A stretch of DNA of 64,000 bases, taken from the NCBI GenBank assembly GCA_002436415.1, contig DJMA01000028.1, positions 67,628 through 131,627 of the forward strand, written 5' to 3'. This document shows positions 8,679 through 19,102 of this stretch, piece after piece (positions within the stretch are counted from its first letter, which is position 1; each line of letters opens with the position of its first letter). This DNA comes from Bdellovibrionaceae bacterium UBA6502. Lineage in GTDB: Bacteria > Bdellovibrionota > Bdellovibrionia > Bdellovibrionales > UBA840. The translations under genes and the position numbers were made by a program. The notes under the pieces were generated by a model. That model worked only from the letters and a program-made list of their open reading frames with translations. It was not told where the DNA came from and ran no database searches.

Positions 8679-10239
8679 TTCTTACCCCAATGATAAAATT
8701 AGATCGTTCTAATTCATCTATTACACTAGGGGCTAAGCCTTCAACTTGTCCAGTTTTTAAATACTTTTTTAATGCTAAAAATTCAGACTTTGCCAAAGGG
8801 AAAAAATGGTAGGAGCTTCTACCAGGTATTTTTAAATAAACCACTTCACCAGAAATCCCACCCGTTTCTAAGTTCAAATCACTTAAGTCTTTTTCGCTAA
8901 GATCAATGCACTCTAGGTATGGATGGAAGCTCGCAGCTGTTTGAAACTTATTTTCTGTATATTGGATTTGGTGAAAATTAGATTTTTCTGTGCAGAAAAA
9001 TCCCTCTTTTTGGAAACTAGATAATTCTTGGTGTTCAATGCTCTCTAAAAACTGACAAAACCTCTTGGCCAAGCTGGATCGTTGCCAAAAGTTTTTCGAT
9101 CTTGTAAATGCAAAAACCAAGTTTTCTCTTTCCTGTTTGGCAAGCTTTGCCAAAGACTCCTGAAAACAAACACTCAAATTACTTTCAATAGCATCAATAT
9201 CGTGACCATAAGTTGGGTGAAAATCATAGCCTAAGGCAAAAAACTTTTTAGGAGCTATTAGCTCATATTCTTCATAAAGTTTTTCATAAAAACTAACAAA
9301 ACTATCAATCATGGACTTTGAATCCTGATTTTCTAAAATAGAAAAACCGGCAAACAATTTATCACTTAGTTCTCCTTCACCACAAAGCCTAGCCATCTGC
9401 AATAAGCGCATTGCTAAGTCCTGCTTGAGATACTCAAGGGAATCCATGTCTACTGGTGGAAGATCTTCATTTTCCGTTAAAGCATTAAACAAAACTTCGG
9501 ACTGCCCTAAAAACTCAGAAATATTATGATACACTGGGTTTTTGCTAAAAAACTTCTTAAAAACATTATCAATGAATGGATCTCGTAAACGATCTCGATG
9601 ACTCTGCAAATACAAATGAGCGTCAGAGGCTAAATTGATTCCGTGAAAAATCAATTCGCCACTTGTCTTATTTTTTAAACTGTTCTCGATGCTTCTCTTT
9701 TCTCTTTCAAAAAACTCTCTTGCAGAATTTAATAAATAGGAATCAGCACTTTCAGCTTCATTGTCTTGCAAGCTCAGACAGTCTTGGCAATGTTCAGATA
9801 AAAAACTAGTGGAGCCTTGGTGTTTTTCACACTTCACAGCCCAAGCTTCATCTAAAAAATAGTAAAGCGCTACCGGTAAGCCTTCACTGATTCTCGCGCC
9901 TAATAAAACCTCTAAATCAGTCGCCTGTTTGTGATAGAAAAAACCCAAAAGGTTATGAAGTAACTCATGAGCACTCCATTTAGGATGGTGGCCAGGATGA
10001 AAACTAGCCACCAAACAATCGGTGCGAAAATCACTAAATTTATCCTCGAGCACTGAATAGCCATCAAAGCTCTTGATCGCTTCTTCTGAACTTCCTCCCC
10101 ACACTTCTGGTACAGGTAAGCTATATCTACTCTCAAAATGACTAAAAAAAAGGGAACGCTTTTTCGCTTGATCAAAGACCCATTTAGAATAAGGGGATCT
10201 CAATTGGTCTGATTTAGGAATCCAGTCTAAATTCATCAT
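8659..10239 (-). CDS. Hypothetical 526-aa protein with an HExxH-type motif (WSAHELLHNLLGF)
   Basis: Long uninterrupted ORF with the HELLH motif about 95 aa from the N-terminus. No signal peptide and no other recognisable domain. Overlaps the downstream yhdH start by 20 nt (same strand). No SD upstream (CCTCCT instead). Confidence 0.6.
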   Translation of the reverse strand: MMNLDWIPKSDQLRSPYSKWVFDQAKKRSLFFSHFESRYSLPVPEVWGGSSEEAIKSFDGYSVLEDKFSDFRTDCLVASFHPGHHPKWSAHELLHNLLGFFYHKQATDLEVLLGARISEGLPVALYYFLDEAWAVKCEKHQGSTSFLSEHCQDCLSLQDNEAESADSYLLNSAREFFEREKRSIENSLKNKTSGELIFHGINLASDAHLYLQSHRDRLRDPFIDNVFKKFFSKNPVYHNISEFLGQSEVLFNALTENEDLPPVDMDSLEYLKQDLAMRLLQMARLCGEGELSDKLFAGFSILENQDSKSMIDSFVSFYEKLYEEYELIAPKKFFALGYDFHPTYGHDIDAIESNLSVCFQESLAKLAKQERENLVFAFTRSKNFWQRSSLAKRFCQFLESIEHQELSSFQKEGFFCTEKSNFHQIQYTENKFQTAASFHPYLECIDLSEKDLSDLNLETGGISGEVVYLKIPGRSSYHFFPLAKSEFLALKKYLKTGQVEGLAPSVIDELERSNFIIGVRSAGNLS

Positions 10240-10303
10240 AGGAGGATTCTAAATAAAACAGCTGGTGATTCAAAGATTTATATCGGCAAAAGGAAAGTTT
10301 TCA

Positions 10304-10489
10304 TCATAGATTAAATAGCTGTTGAAAAACAGAGGAATCCCCTACCCAATACCAATCCAAATGAATGCTTCTAGTGCTTCTCTTTAAATCTAGGGCCTTA
10401 CATTCTTCGCCTTTCAGCGCCCCCAATTTAGTGACATATACCCTAACGTTTTTTTGACGAAGTTGTTTTCTAATTTTACATTTAAACAT
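10304..10489 (-). CDS. Small hypothetical protein (about 61 aa)
   Basis: AAGGAAG RBS directly upstream of the tandem ATGs at 10492/10489. Basic protein with no recognisable motif. It could be spurious. Confidence 0.3.
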   Translation of the reverse strand: MFKCKIRKQLRQKNVRVYVTKLGALKGEECKALDLKRSTRSIHLDWYWVGDSSVFQQLFNL

Positions 10490-10675
10490 CATCTCTTCCT
10501 TTTTAAGAACTTACTAGTATTATCGGTTATCTTGAATGAAGTCTGAGTAGATGTTTTGATGATCAAGAAGGCTTTACATTGAACCGCCAAACTGAAACGA
10601 TTCTTAAATTTTCTTCTTAACATTTTCCCAAAAAGAAGGAAAACTAAATAGAAAGTAAATAAAACAGGAGATAGT

Positions 10676-11791
10676 GTGCTTAGGTGGCGAGATGAAATTA
10701 ACAAGAACTTCAATCGAATTGTAATAAAATTAGGTTCCAATTCCATCACCAAAACAAGTGGCGGTATAGACTCCAACAAAATAAAAGCCATTTGTGAAGG
10801 CATTAAAGAACTACACAAAGAAAAAAAAGAAGTAATATTAGTTTGCTCAGGGGCCATACAAACAGCCCGAGGGATGATTAAAAGCAAATCGCAAAGACTG
10901 AGTCAGTTACAAGCTCTAAGCTCCATAGGTCAAAATCAAGTGATCACAGCCCTGCAAAGTGAGTTCAAAACAGAGCAAAGCCCCATTGGCCAAATACTCC
11001 TAACCCATGAAGACTTCAAGAGCTCAGAGAGGTATTTTAATTTACAAAACACAATCAATGAACTCTTAAATTGGAAGGCTCTTCCAGTAATAAATGAAAA
11101 TGATAGCATAAGTTTCAATGAAATTAGCCTAGGTGACAACGATCAACTCGCCGCTTTAATTTCTGAAAACTGTAATGCGGATTTACTACTGCTGCTAACA
11201 GAATCAAAAGGCTTGTACACCGCCCACCCCGACTCGCCTGGCGCAGAACATATTCCCTTTATTGAGTACAATAAAGACCTAAGTTTTATTAAAACCATGA
11301 ATAAAAGCATCGCAGGTCGCGGAGGCATGAAGACCAAACTAGAGGCTGTACGCAAACTAAGCCCTTTAGGGGTACCAGTAATAATCGCTGATTATCGCTG
11401 CCCTTCCCCAGTGCTAGAAGCGCTTTCTAGCTCTGAAACATCAAGCTTTTTTGAAGCGGCCCCTGAAAAACTCAACAAGAAAAAGGCTAGGCTCCTCACC
11501 AGCGTAAAAGAAAACTGCTACATAAAAATAGACAAGGGAGCTGCCCAGGCCTTACAAAAAAACAAAAGCCTTCTCCCGGTTGGTATTAAAGCCGTACACG
11601 GCCGCTTTCAACGTGGCGACGTTGTTAAGGTATTTCATTCTAGAAGCCTGATCGCTCAAGGAATTGCTGAATTTAGCTCTACAGAACTAAGAAAGCTGCT
11701 AAACACCGATCTAAGTGCTGACTACCCCGAGAAATACAACCTACCCTCACGGGTCTTCATCCATAAAAACAATCTCCTTCAAAAAAAATAG
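10676..11791 (+). CDS. proB: Glutamate 5-kinase paralog (kinase + PUA domain), orphan copy
   Basis: IVIKLGSNSIT, VCSGAI, PVINENDSIS, GDNDQLAA, GRGGMKTKLEA and a C-terminal PUA region (LLPVGI...GRFQRGDVV). AGGAG RBS before GTG 10676. A second proB lies at 61412-62557. Confidence 0.85.
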   Translation: MLRWRDEINKNFNRIVIKLGSNSITKTSGGIDSNKIKAICEGIKELHKEKKEVILVCSGAIQTARGMIKSKSQRLSQLQALSSIGQNQVITALQSEFKTEQSPIGQILLTHEDFKSSERYFNLQNTINELLNWKALPVINENDSISFNEISLGDNDQLAALISENCNADLLLLLTESKGLYTAHPDSPGAEHIPFIEYNKDLSFIKTMNKSIAGRGGMKTKLEAVRKLSPLGVPVIIADYRCPSPVLEALSSSETSSFFEAAPEKLNKKKARLLTSVKENCYIKIDKGAAQALQKNKSLLPVGIKAVHGRFQRGDVVKVFHSRSLIAQGIAEFSSTELRKLLNTDLSADYPEKYNLPSRVFIHKNNLLQKK

Positions 11792-11825
11792 GCAGATATT
11801 GCAAAGGCTGTGTTATATTACAGCC

Positions 11826-12713
11826 ATGAAATCCAACTCCCCAGCCTTAAAAACCTACTACAAGATGTCCGTACGACAGTCAGAAATTGGGGACTGGTTG
11901 CGGGAATTTGAAGAGGAACTGAAGGCAAAAAATCTCCCTCAGAAAATTCGTTATTGCTTCGGGGATGAGTGGTATTACATCGAAGGCTCTAATGTGATCG
12001 TCATCCCTTTTTACCTGCATAGCCTTAAGTTTGCTAACTATCTGAAAAGAAAATCCTGTCATGTCGAAGGCTTAACAAAAAAGTCATTCCTGATGTTATT
12101 GCGACATGAGTATGGCCATTATTTTGAGTGCCTTTTTCAAACCAGAAAAAAAGCGGAAAGACGAAAGCTTTTTGGTAAAAACATCAAGTATCCAAAATCT
12201 TATTTACCAAAAGAGGTCAAAAACGAATTCGTATCTCACCTTCCCAACCAATACGCCCAAAGCCATCCTGATGAAGACTTTGCAGAAAGTTTTGCGGTTG
12301 TCTTTAAGAGCGAGGCTTGGCAAAAGAAATACCCCAAAAACAGCGTAGTTTTCAGAAAGCTAAATTACGTAAGTAAGCTTATTCACTCCCACAAAAACCT
12401 GAAGAAGCGCAATTTAGTGAGCGGAGAAATATATCTGCCTAAGCAAAATTACCGCCTTGATCGCTGGATTAAAGAAAACCAAAAGCCAAAAACCAGAGCC
12501 TTTGCTCAATCCCAAAAACAACAAATCAAAAACTTTTTAAGCACTCAGAATTACCCTAGTTTCGAATCTAAGCGCTTAATAGAAGCTCTAAAGCTTGCGG
12601 CCAATGAAAAAAGGCAGACAAATACTAACTTAAAGAGCTTTATGAAGCCTGAGAGCTTATCCCTTGAAATTAAAAGAATTCGCCGAAAAAAAGCTCATTA
12701 CATCTCCATGTAG
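11826..12713 (+). CDS. Putative zinc metallopeptidase (HExxH: LRHEYGHYFE ... EDFAESFA)
   Basis: HEYGH motif plus a downstream acidic EDFAE segment, as in the 'putative zinc-binding metallopeptidase' family. Basic C-terminal tail. The start is uncertain: ATG 11826 is chosen, and the track TTG at 11715 overlaps the proB end. Confidence 0.55.
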   Translation: MKSNSPALKTYYKMSVRQSEIGDWLREFEEELKAKNLPQKIRYCFGDEWYYIEGSNVIVIPFYLHSLKFANYLKRKSCHVEGLTKKSFLMLLRHEYGHYFECLFQTRKKAERRKLFGKNIKYPKSYLPKEVKNEFVSHLPNQYAQSHPDEDFAESFAVVFKSEAWQKKYPKNSVVFRKLNYVSKLIHSHKNLKKRNLVSGEIYLPKQNYRLDRWIKENQKPKTRAFAQSQKQQIKNFLSTQNYPSFESKRLIEALKLAANEKRQTNTNLKSFMKPESLSLEIKRIRRKKAHYISM

Positions 12714-12782
12714 TCTAGTTTTTATCATGATAAACACCGTCGACTATGCCCAAGCTCCCCTGATTCGATCTATACTAATGGC

Positions 12783-13787
12783 ATGAAACGCCTAAAAATC
12801 CTACTTCTATGCCATCATAAATTAATCCCATCAAAAGACCCAAACACCAATTTTAGTGCCTTTGATGAACATGCGACAGAGCAAGGTGTTTACAATGAAC
12901 TTTGCAAAATGGGCCATGAGGTTGAAGTTTTAGGGCCTAAAAAAATAGACGATATCTCAGAAAGCCTAGAAAACTTTCCCGCAGACCTTTGCTTTAATCT
13001 GATGGAAGAATTTGATGGAGACCCACTAATGGACTCCCACATTGTTTCTTACTTAGAAATGCTTAAAGTCGCTTATACGGGAAATGGCCCAAAGGGTTTG
13101 CTGCTAGCTAGAGACAAATCTACCAGTAAAAAAATATTAGAATTTGACGGAATCCCTATTCCGGCCCATTTTGTCGTTTCCTTGGGGGAAGAACTACCTG
13201 AAGAATACTCTGAAATCAATTTTCCTATGTTCGTTAAATCAAGAACGGAAGAGGCCTCCCTCGGAATCTCTCAGGCCAGCATCGTTAGAAATAAAAAGAG
13301 CTTACAAGAGCGAGTAAAATTTATTCATGAAAAAGTACAATCCGATGCTATTGTTGATGAATTCATCGATGGCAGAGAATTGTACCTCGGAATTTTAGGA
13401 AACGAAAATCTCAGCTGCTTTCCTATCTATGAAATGGATTTCGGTCTCCTTGAAAAGCCCCACCAAAAAATAGCTACAGAAAAAATAAAATGGAATGAGG
13501 AATACAGAAAAAGAAATCGCATCGACATCATACCGGCCAAACTAAGCAAAAAACTACAAGATGAAATGAATGAGGCATGTAAAAAAGCCTACCGCAAACT
13601 AGAGCTAAAGTCTTACGCCCGTTTTGATTTACGATTAAAATCAAATGGTGATTTTCGCATAATTGAAGCCAATCCAAATCCTAACATAGCTGAAGACGAT
13701 GAGTTTGCCATTGCTGCAAAAGCCATGGGAATCCAATACTCAGAGCTTCTTCAAAGCATCTGCGATTTAGCTCTTGAAGAGCAATAA
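12783..13787 (+). CDS. ATP-grasp ligase, D-alanine--D-alanine-ligase-like family
   Basis: Ddl-like architecture with an N-terminal Rossmann-like region (ILLLCHH...). Central RDKSTSKKILEFDGIPIP, FVKSRTEEASLGIS and DEFIDGRELYLG. C-terminal ARFDLRL...RIIEANPNP Mg/ATP-site motifs. Confidence 0.75.
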   Translation: MKRLKILLLCHHKLIPSKDPNTNFSAFDEHATEQGVYNELCKMGHEVEVLGPKKIDDISESLENFPADLCFNLMEEFDGDPLMDSHIVSYLEMLKVAYTGNGPKGLLLARDKSTSKKILEFDGIPIPAHFVVSLGEELPEEYSEINFPMFVKSRTEEASLGISQASIVRNKKSLQERVKFIHEKVQSDAIVDEFIDGRELYLGILGNENLSCFPIYEMDFGLLEKPHQKIATEKIKWNEEYRKRNRIDIIPAKLSKKLQDEMNEACKKAYRKLELKSYARFDLRLKSNGDFRIIEANPNPNIAEDDEFAIAAKAMGIQYSELLQSICDLALEEQ

Positions 13788-13998
13788 ACACAACTTAAAC
13801 AAATAATCTAAAGAGATCTCATTGGGACTAAATTTTACTGCCGTTAATATCCTAGCCAAGTATCAGCCAATTTTGTCACTCCCCTCTAACAAAGCTCAAA
13901 AAAGAATTGAAAAAAAGAAATATACTGTAATAAAAATGTCTTTTTTAGGCAATTTAGCGTAAAACCTGGCGTTCAAGTTGCAACTGTAAAAAGGTACA

Positions 13999-15918
13999 AT
14001 GAAGAACTTAATTCGCCTCAATTTTCTAGTCTTTCTTTTCCTAGGAATCGGTTTTAGCGGTCATCTCCAGGCTGGCAAAACCACGCGGGCTTGTGTTTCC
14101 TCAGCAAACAAACAAAATAACGCAAAAATCCGTAGAAAAATCAGCCAACGTGAAATCCAACAAAGATTTTCAAGCTACCTGCCAGAAACAAAATTAGAGT
14201 TTCGTAAAACTTATGAAAGCTTCCAAAACATTGTCCGTTTTGATCAATATTTTTATTCACGCATTCGTCATGTGATGGAAAAGAACTCCAAACATTTTGA
14301 CCGAAAATCTTTTGCTGAACTTTTTGATATCAACGACAAACAAAATGAAGAGTTTTTAGATAAATTTGAAGACCCTAGTGAAAAAAGTATTTTCTTCGTC
14401 CTTGAAAGTTCATACTTAAAAACCCTAAATGATGAAGTTATCGGAAAAGAAGATGCCACTTCATTAAATTTTTTCACGAAAGCTTTATTAATCACCAAGC
14501 TCTTTGAGTTAGCAGCTGATTCCTCTGCAAAATTAAATGACCCCAAAATATTCGACTACTTTTACGATAAACTAATTTCGAAAAAATCCATGAACTTGAT
14601 TAGTTTAAAGCAAAACGATTATAAGAACTTAATGTTGTTTTTTGAAATCAATGAATCTAGTCCAAAAGCAGCAAGAACCAGATCTATACTAAAGCAAGCT
14701 TACAGAGAAAACAAAGAAGAGCTTGAGCTTTTGTTTAACAATGAATTATCAGAGTTGAACGAAGTTTTCCTAGCTAAAAAACCTGGCCACATCAAAGGGG
14801 TCGAAAACCTATACAATGCAGTTACAGCAGATCATTTGTATTTAGCTTTGTCAGTATTGAAAGAAGCTAGAAACTCAAAAGACCCTTATATTTTAAATGA
14901 TTACTCCCATGGACGGATTAGCTTAGACAAACAAAAGCAAAAAAGTTTCAGAGCTTATTTCTTATACAATCAAATCTTACAAAACTTTTTTGCCAAATCT
15001 AGTGATCTTGCAGAGAGAAAAGAAAACTCAGAGTATTACCCGAAACCAATTTTATTCAAACTTTTAAAACGCCTTGCTCCTCCAGATAAAGTCGCTAGAA
15101 AAGACCGCACAGCCGATGTAAACCAAGAATACTTTAACAATATTAAGAAATTAATAGAAAACCATTTTGGTCAAACTCTAGAGATGGAAACAGTTTACGC
15201 ACTAGTAGAGTATTACCACAAACTAGTTCACCTAATTCCATCCATGGGACACAAAAGAACTTCTCCCATCACACCTAAAATTACTCACAGCAGCTTTTTT
15301 ATATCTTTTGACCTAGTCAACGGAAGTGGCTTTGAAATGCATTACGTAGCTAAAGAGTTAGCTGGCGCAAAGAAGTTAAATTTGAATCAAAAAATCCTCA
15401 AAGCAAAATCTGGTGTAGATTACACCACTAAATTTATGAGGACATGGTCAGACCGCATTGAAGAATTATTAAAGAAGGAATTAGCACAAATGGGTATCGA
15501 TGTAAAAATCGATAAAACTGGTGATGATATGCTTGCCATTTTTTCTAGAATCCCCAATCAAAAAGAAATCCATAAAATCAAAGAAGCATTATCCCTACAT
15601 AGAGAAATCTCTAATTTAAGTCGTATTACTATGGGCGTTTACTCACCAAAAGAAGCTATCCTTGATGAGATTTCTGTATCAGAAGGCATAGAAAAACACA
15701 TTGAGAAAAGTTACTATAAATACGTTAGCAAAGACATCCCTCATATGCCTAGATTTATAGTACATAGAAAAGACAAGCAGTTTAACTTAGAATTTCTCGA
15801 AGATGTTTCAGAGAAACAAATGGAACTAATCTTAAGAATTATTAATAATCACGAAGAATTAAGCAAAATAAACATAGAACTTATAGAAAAACCGCCTCAA
15901 TTCGCAGCAGGAGCATAA
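13999..15918 (+). CDS. Large exported Lys-rich hypothetical protein (639 aa)
   Basis: Signal peptide MKNLIRLNFLVFLFLGIGFSGHLQA. Long uninterrupted ORF with no recognisable catalytic motif. Confidence 0.6.
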   Translation: MKNLIRLNFLVFLFLGIGFSGHLQAGKTTRACVSSANKQNNAKIRRKISQREIQQRFSSYLPETKLEFRKTYESFQNIVRFDQYFYSRIRHVMEKNSKHFDRKSFAELFDINDKQNEEFLDKFEDPSEKSIFFVLESSYLKTLNDEVIGKEDATSLNFFTKALLITKLFELAADSSAKLNDPKIFDYFYDKLISKKSMNLISLKQNDYKNLMLFFEINESSPKAARTRSILKQAYRENKEELELLFNNELSELNEVFLAKKPGHIKGVENLYNAVTADHLYLALSVLKEARNSKDPYILNDYSHGRISLDKQKQKSFRAYFLYNQILQNFFAKSSDLAERKENSEYYPKPILFKLLKRLAPPDKVARKDRTADVNQEYFNNIKKLIENHFGQTLEMETVYALVEYYHKLVHLIPSMGHKRTSPITPKITHSSFFISFDLVNGSGFEMHYVAKELAGAKKLNLNQKILKAKSGVDYTTKFMRTWSDRIEELLKKELAQMGIDVKIDKTGDDMLAIFSRIPNQKEIHKIKEALSLHREISNLSRITMGVYSPKEAILDEISVSEGIEKHIEKSYYKYVSKDIPHMPRFIVHRKDKQFNLEFLEDVSEKQMELILRIINNHEELSKINIELIEKPPQFAAGA

Positions 15919-15984
15919 TCCTTTACAAGCCCTCTAAATAGGCTCAAAATAAAACTATCGTTTTTATTTTTTAGGGGGATGCTT

Positions 15985-17925
15985 ATGTCAAATTACAAAA
16001 AAATTCTTGCTATGGATGACTACAGAAAAGACACCCTATGCACCAAAGAGCAATACGAAATACAATACAAAGATTCCATCCACAACAATGATGCCTTTTG
16101 GGAGAAACAAGCCGAAAGAATCCAATGGGATAAAAAATGGTCGAAAGTTTCTGATTGTAGTTTCGATGGAGATATCTCTATCAAATGGTTTCAAGATGCA
16201 AAGTTAAATGTCGCTGTAAATTGTATCGATCGCCATCTTGCCACAAAGGCCGACCAGGTGGCTTTTTTCTGGGAACCAGATTCCCCTGAAGAAGAGTCAG
16301 CCAGTATCACTTACCGTGAACTACACGAACAAGTCTGTCGCTTAGCAAATGGATTAGAAAGCCAAGGCGTTAAAAAAGGAGATCGCGTAACTCTCTATTT
16401 ACCGATGATTCCTGAAGCCGTTTACACGATGCTTGCTTGCGCTCGAATTGGAGCTATTCATAGTGTTGTTTTCGCTGGCTTTTCTCCTGACAGTTTAGCT
16501 GGAAGAATTAATGATTGTGAGTCAGACTTTGTCGTCACTGCGGACGAAAGTGTACGCGGTGACAAAATCACTCCCCTGAAAGCAAATGTGGATGCAGCTC
16601 TTGAAAAATGTCCTGGAGTAAAAACTGTACTTTGCGTTTGCCGTACCGGTGGCGAGGTAAAAATGCAAAAAGGCCGCGATCATTGGTACCATGAATTGGT
16701 GGAAAAAGCAGAGCATCAACACCAAGCCCAAAGCATGGACGCAGAAGACCCACTATTTATTTTATACACCTCAGGCTCCACTGGTAAACCAAAAGGCGTC
16801 TTACACACTTCTGGTGGATACTTAGTTTATGCAAGCATGACTCACCAATATGTTTTCGACTACCAAGAAGGCGATGTCTATTGGTGCGCGGCTGATGTTG
16901 GCTGGATCACCGGCCATTCTTATATCGTATATGGCCCCCTAGCCAACGGAGCTACTAGCGTTTTATTTGAGGGCACTCCTACTTACCCAAGCGCTAATCG
17001 CCATTGGCAAATTGTGGATAAATACCAAGTAAATTCCTACTACACAGCACCCACTTTAATCCGAGCCCTAATGTGTAAAGGCCAAGAGGCTTTGGCAGAT
17101 ACCAATCGATCCAGCCTTAGGCTCTTAGGCAGCGTAGGAGAGCCGATCAACCCAGAGGCCTGGAAATGGTACTTTGAAGAGATTGGCAACAAGAAATGTC
17201 CTATCGTGGATACGTGGTGGCAAACAGAAACTGGGGGAATTATGATCACTCCCCTCCCTGCCGCTAGGGATTTAAAACCTGGCTCTGCAACACTTCCTTT
17301 TTTTGGAATTGAAACAGCTCTATTAGACGAGCAAGGAAAAGAGTTTAGCGGAGAAGGCTCTGGATCATTGGTGATAAAAAGATCATGGCCAGGACAAATG
17401 AGAACTGTCTACGGTGACCATAAAAGGTTCAAAGACACTTACTTTAGCCAATACCCAGGCTATTATTTTAGCGGTGATGGTTGTTACCGCGATGAGGATA
17501 ATTTTCTCTGGATTACTGGCCGGATGGATGACGTAATAAATGTAAGTGGTCACAGAATGGGTACCGCTGAAGTTGAAAGCAGCTTAGTGGCAAATCCTGA
17601 AATTTCAGAAGCTGCGGTGGTTGGTTTTCCTCACGAAATAAAAGGACAAGGAATTTATGCTTATGTGGTTTTAAATGATAACTCTAGTAAAACCCAAGAA
17701 GACGCTAAAGAATTTGTTCAATGGGTTCGCAACGACATCGGCGCCATTGCCGCTCCAGAACACATCCACATAGTTAAAGCTTTACCAAAAACGAGATCAG
17801 GAAAAATCATGCGCAGAATTTTAAGAAAAATTGCTGCTGGTGACACAGAAAACCTCGGTGACATAAGTACCTTGGCTGAGTCAGAGGTTGTAGATGAAAT
17901 ACTAAGCAATCGCCTGACAAAATAA
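15985..17925 (+). CDS. acs: Acetyl-CoA synthetase (AMP-forming)
   Basis: [14 protein letters not shown]-binding motif, [20 protein letters not shown] and the C-terminal [11 protein letters not shown]. The AGGGGG RBS favours ATG 15985 over 15979. Confidence 0.95.
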   Translation: MSNYKKILAMDDYRKDTLCTKEQYEIQYKDSIHNNDAFWEKQAERIQWDKKWSKVSDCSFDGDISIKWFQDAKLNVAVNCIDRHLATKADQVAFFWEPDSPEEESASITYRELHEQVCRLANGLESQGVKKGDRVTLYLPMIPEAVYTMLACARIGAIHSVVFAGFSPDSLAGRINDCESDFVVTADESVRGDKITPLKANVDAALEKCPGVKTVLCVCRTGGEVKMQKGRDHWYHELVEKAEHQHQAQSMDAEDPLFILYTSGSTGKPKGVLHTSGGYLVYASMTHQYVFDYQEGDVYWCAADVGWITGHSYIVYGPLANGATSVLFEGTPTYPSANRHWQIVDKYQVNSYYTAPTLIRALMCKGQEALADTNRSSLRLLGSVGEPINPEAWKWYFEEIGNKKCPIVDTWWQTETGGIMITPLPAARDLKPGSATLPFFGIETALLDEQGKEFSGEGSGSLVIKRSWPGQMRTVYGDHKRFKDTYFSQYPGYYFSGDGCYRDEDNFLWITGRMDDVINVSGHRMGTAEVESSLVANPEISEAAVVGFPHEIKGQGIYAYVVLNDNSSKTQEDAKEFVQWVRNDIGAIAAPEHIHIVKALPKTRSGKIMRRILRKIAAGDTENLGDISTLAESEVVDEILSNRLTK

Positions 17926-17934
17926 ATCACACAC

Positions 17935-17970
17935 AGAGCGCAAAGACTTGGCTTTGCGCTCTTCTTCCTT
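17935..17970 (+). terminator. Rho-independent terminator after acs
   Basis: agagcgcaaag-acttgg-ctttgcgctct 11-bp stem followed by a T-rich tract. Confidence 0.75.
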
Positions 17971-18000
17971 CAAAATAAGGCTACACAGCCAGGAGAAAAT

Positions 18001-18342
18001 ATGAAGGAAGCTTTCATTTACCATATTGCCGATAAATTTGATTGGGAAAAATCAAACAAAGAATACAGCCATCCAAGTTTAGATTCAGAAGGCTTCATTC
18101 ACTGCTCCACAGGAAAACAACTCATCCCAACCTATGAAAAATACTACACCAGCTCAAGCAATCTTCTGCTTCTCGAAATCGACAGTTTTGCAGTTGGATC
18201 TCAATTGAAATGGGAATTAGCACCGAGCCGCGGAGAAGAGTTTCCACACATCTATTCGCCAATCAAAAAATCATGGGTTCTGGATTCCTACCCGCTAACT
18301 AATGATTTATTAAAGAAATTCGCTGAAAAATTTGGGAACTAA
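18001..18342 (+). CDS. DUF952-family protein
   Basis: 113 aa with the pattern IYHIA...W...Y.P.SL..EGFIHCS...LLLLEID...WE....GEEFPHIY, typical of DUF952. Confidence 0.7.
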   Translation: MKEAFIYHIADKFDWEKSNKEYSHPSLDSEGFIHCSTGKQLIPTYEKYYTSSSNLLLLEIDSFAVGSQLKWELAPSRGEEFPHIYSPIKKSWVLDSYPLTNDLLKKFAEKFGN

Positions 18343-18343
18343 T

Positions 18344-19102
18344 ATGAAAAGAACCGCACTAATTACTGGAGCCACAAGTGGCTTTGGCCTAGCTACCGCT
18401 GGCAAGCTTGCTCAAAATTATCGCCTTGTGATCACCGGCAGAAGAGAAGATCGTTTAGAGAAAATCAAAGAAGACCTGTCTCATCATACCGATGTGTTAA
18501 GTCTATGCTTTGACATTTCCGACTTAGAAGAAACAAAAAAACAAATTAAAAACATCCCCATCGACTTTTCAGAGATTAGTGTTTTAATTAACAATGCCGG
18601 CCTGGCTTTGGGTTTAGAGCCAGCTGACAAAGTAGACTTTCAAGATTGGCAAAGCATGATTAACACCAATGTTACCGGCCTTGCTCACCTAACACATTTA
18701 CTTCTTCCAACACTGAAGCAACAACCTTTAAGTGACATAATCAATATTGGAAGTATCGCTGGTTCATGGCCCTATCCTGGTGGCAATGTTTACGGAGCAA
18801 CCAAAGCCTTTGTTGCCCAGTTCTCCAGAAACTTACGTGCAGATTTACTTGGTAGTTCAATTAGAGTTTGCAATATAGAACCAGGTTTGGCAGAAACCGA
18901 GTTTTCCAAGGTACGCTTTAAAGGAGATGAAGCAAAGGCCAAGGAGGTTTACAAAAACCTAACTCCTCTTTTTGCGGAAGACATTGCTAAACAAGTAAAA
19001 TGGGTCATAGAACAAGATGCACATATCAATCTAAATAGCATTGAAATCATGCCCAGCTGTCAAGCTTGGGGTCCACTTAAAGTTAACCGAGAGAGCGTCT
19101 AA
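18344..19102 (+). CDS. ydfG: NADP-dependent 3-hydroxy acid dehydrogenase, SDR family (YdfG-like)
   Basis: TGATSGFG cofactor motif, NNAGLALG and YGATKAF catalytic motifs. Collinear with E. coli YdfG, including GSWPYPGGNVYGATKAFV and RVCNIEPGL. Confidence 0.85.
   Translation: MKRTALITGATSGFGLATAGKLAQNYRLVITGRREDRLEKIKEDLSHHTDVLSLCFDISDLEETKKQIKNIPIDFSEISVLINNAGLALGLEPADKVDFQDWQSMINTNVTGLAHLTHLLLPTLKQQPLSDIINIGSIAGSWPYPGGNVYGATKAFVAQFSRNLRADLLGSSIRVCNIEPGLAETEFSKVRFKGDEAKAKEVYKNLTPLFAEDIAKQVKWVIEQDAHINLNSIEIMPSCQAWGPLKVNRESV

Noticed and set aside
10489-10887. 132-aa - strand ORF overlapping the start of the orphan proB.
   Set aside because: It overlaps the well-supported proB N-terminus on the opposite strand and has a hydrophobic low-complexity translation. 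It is probably spurious.
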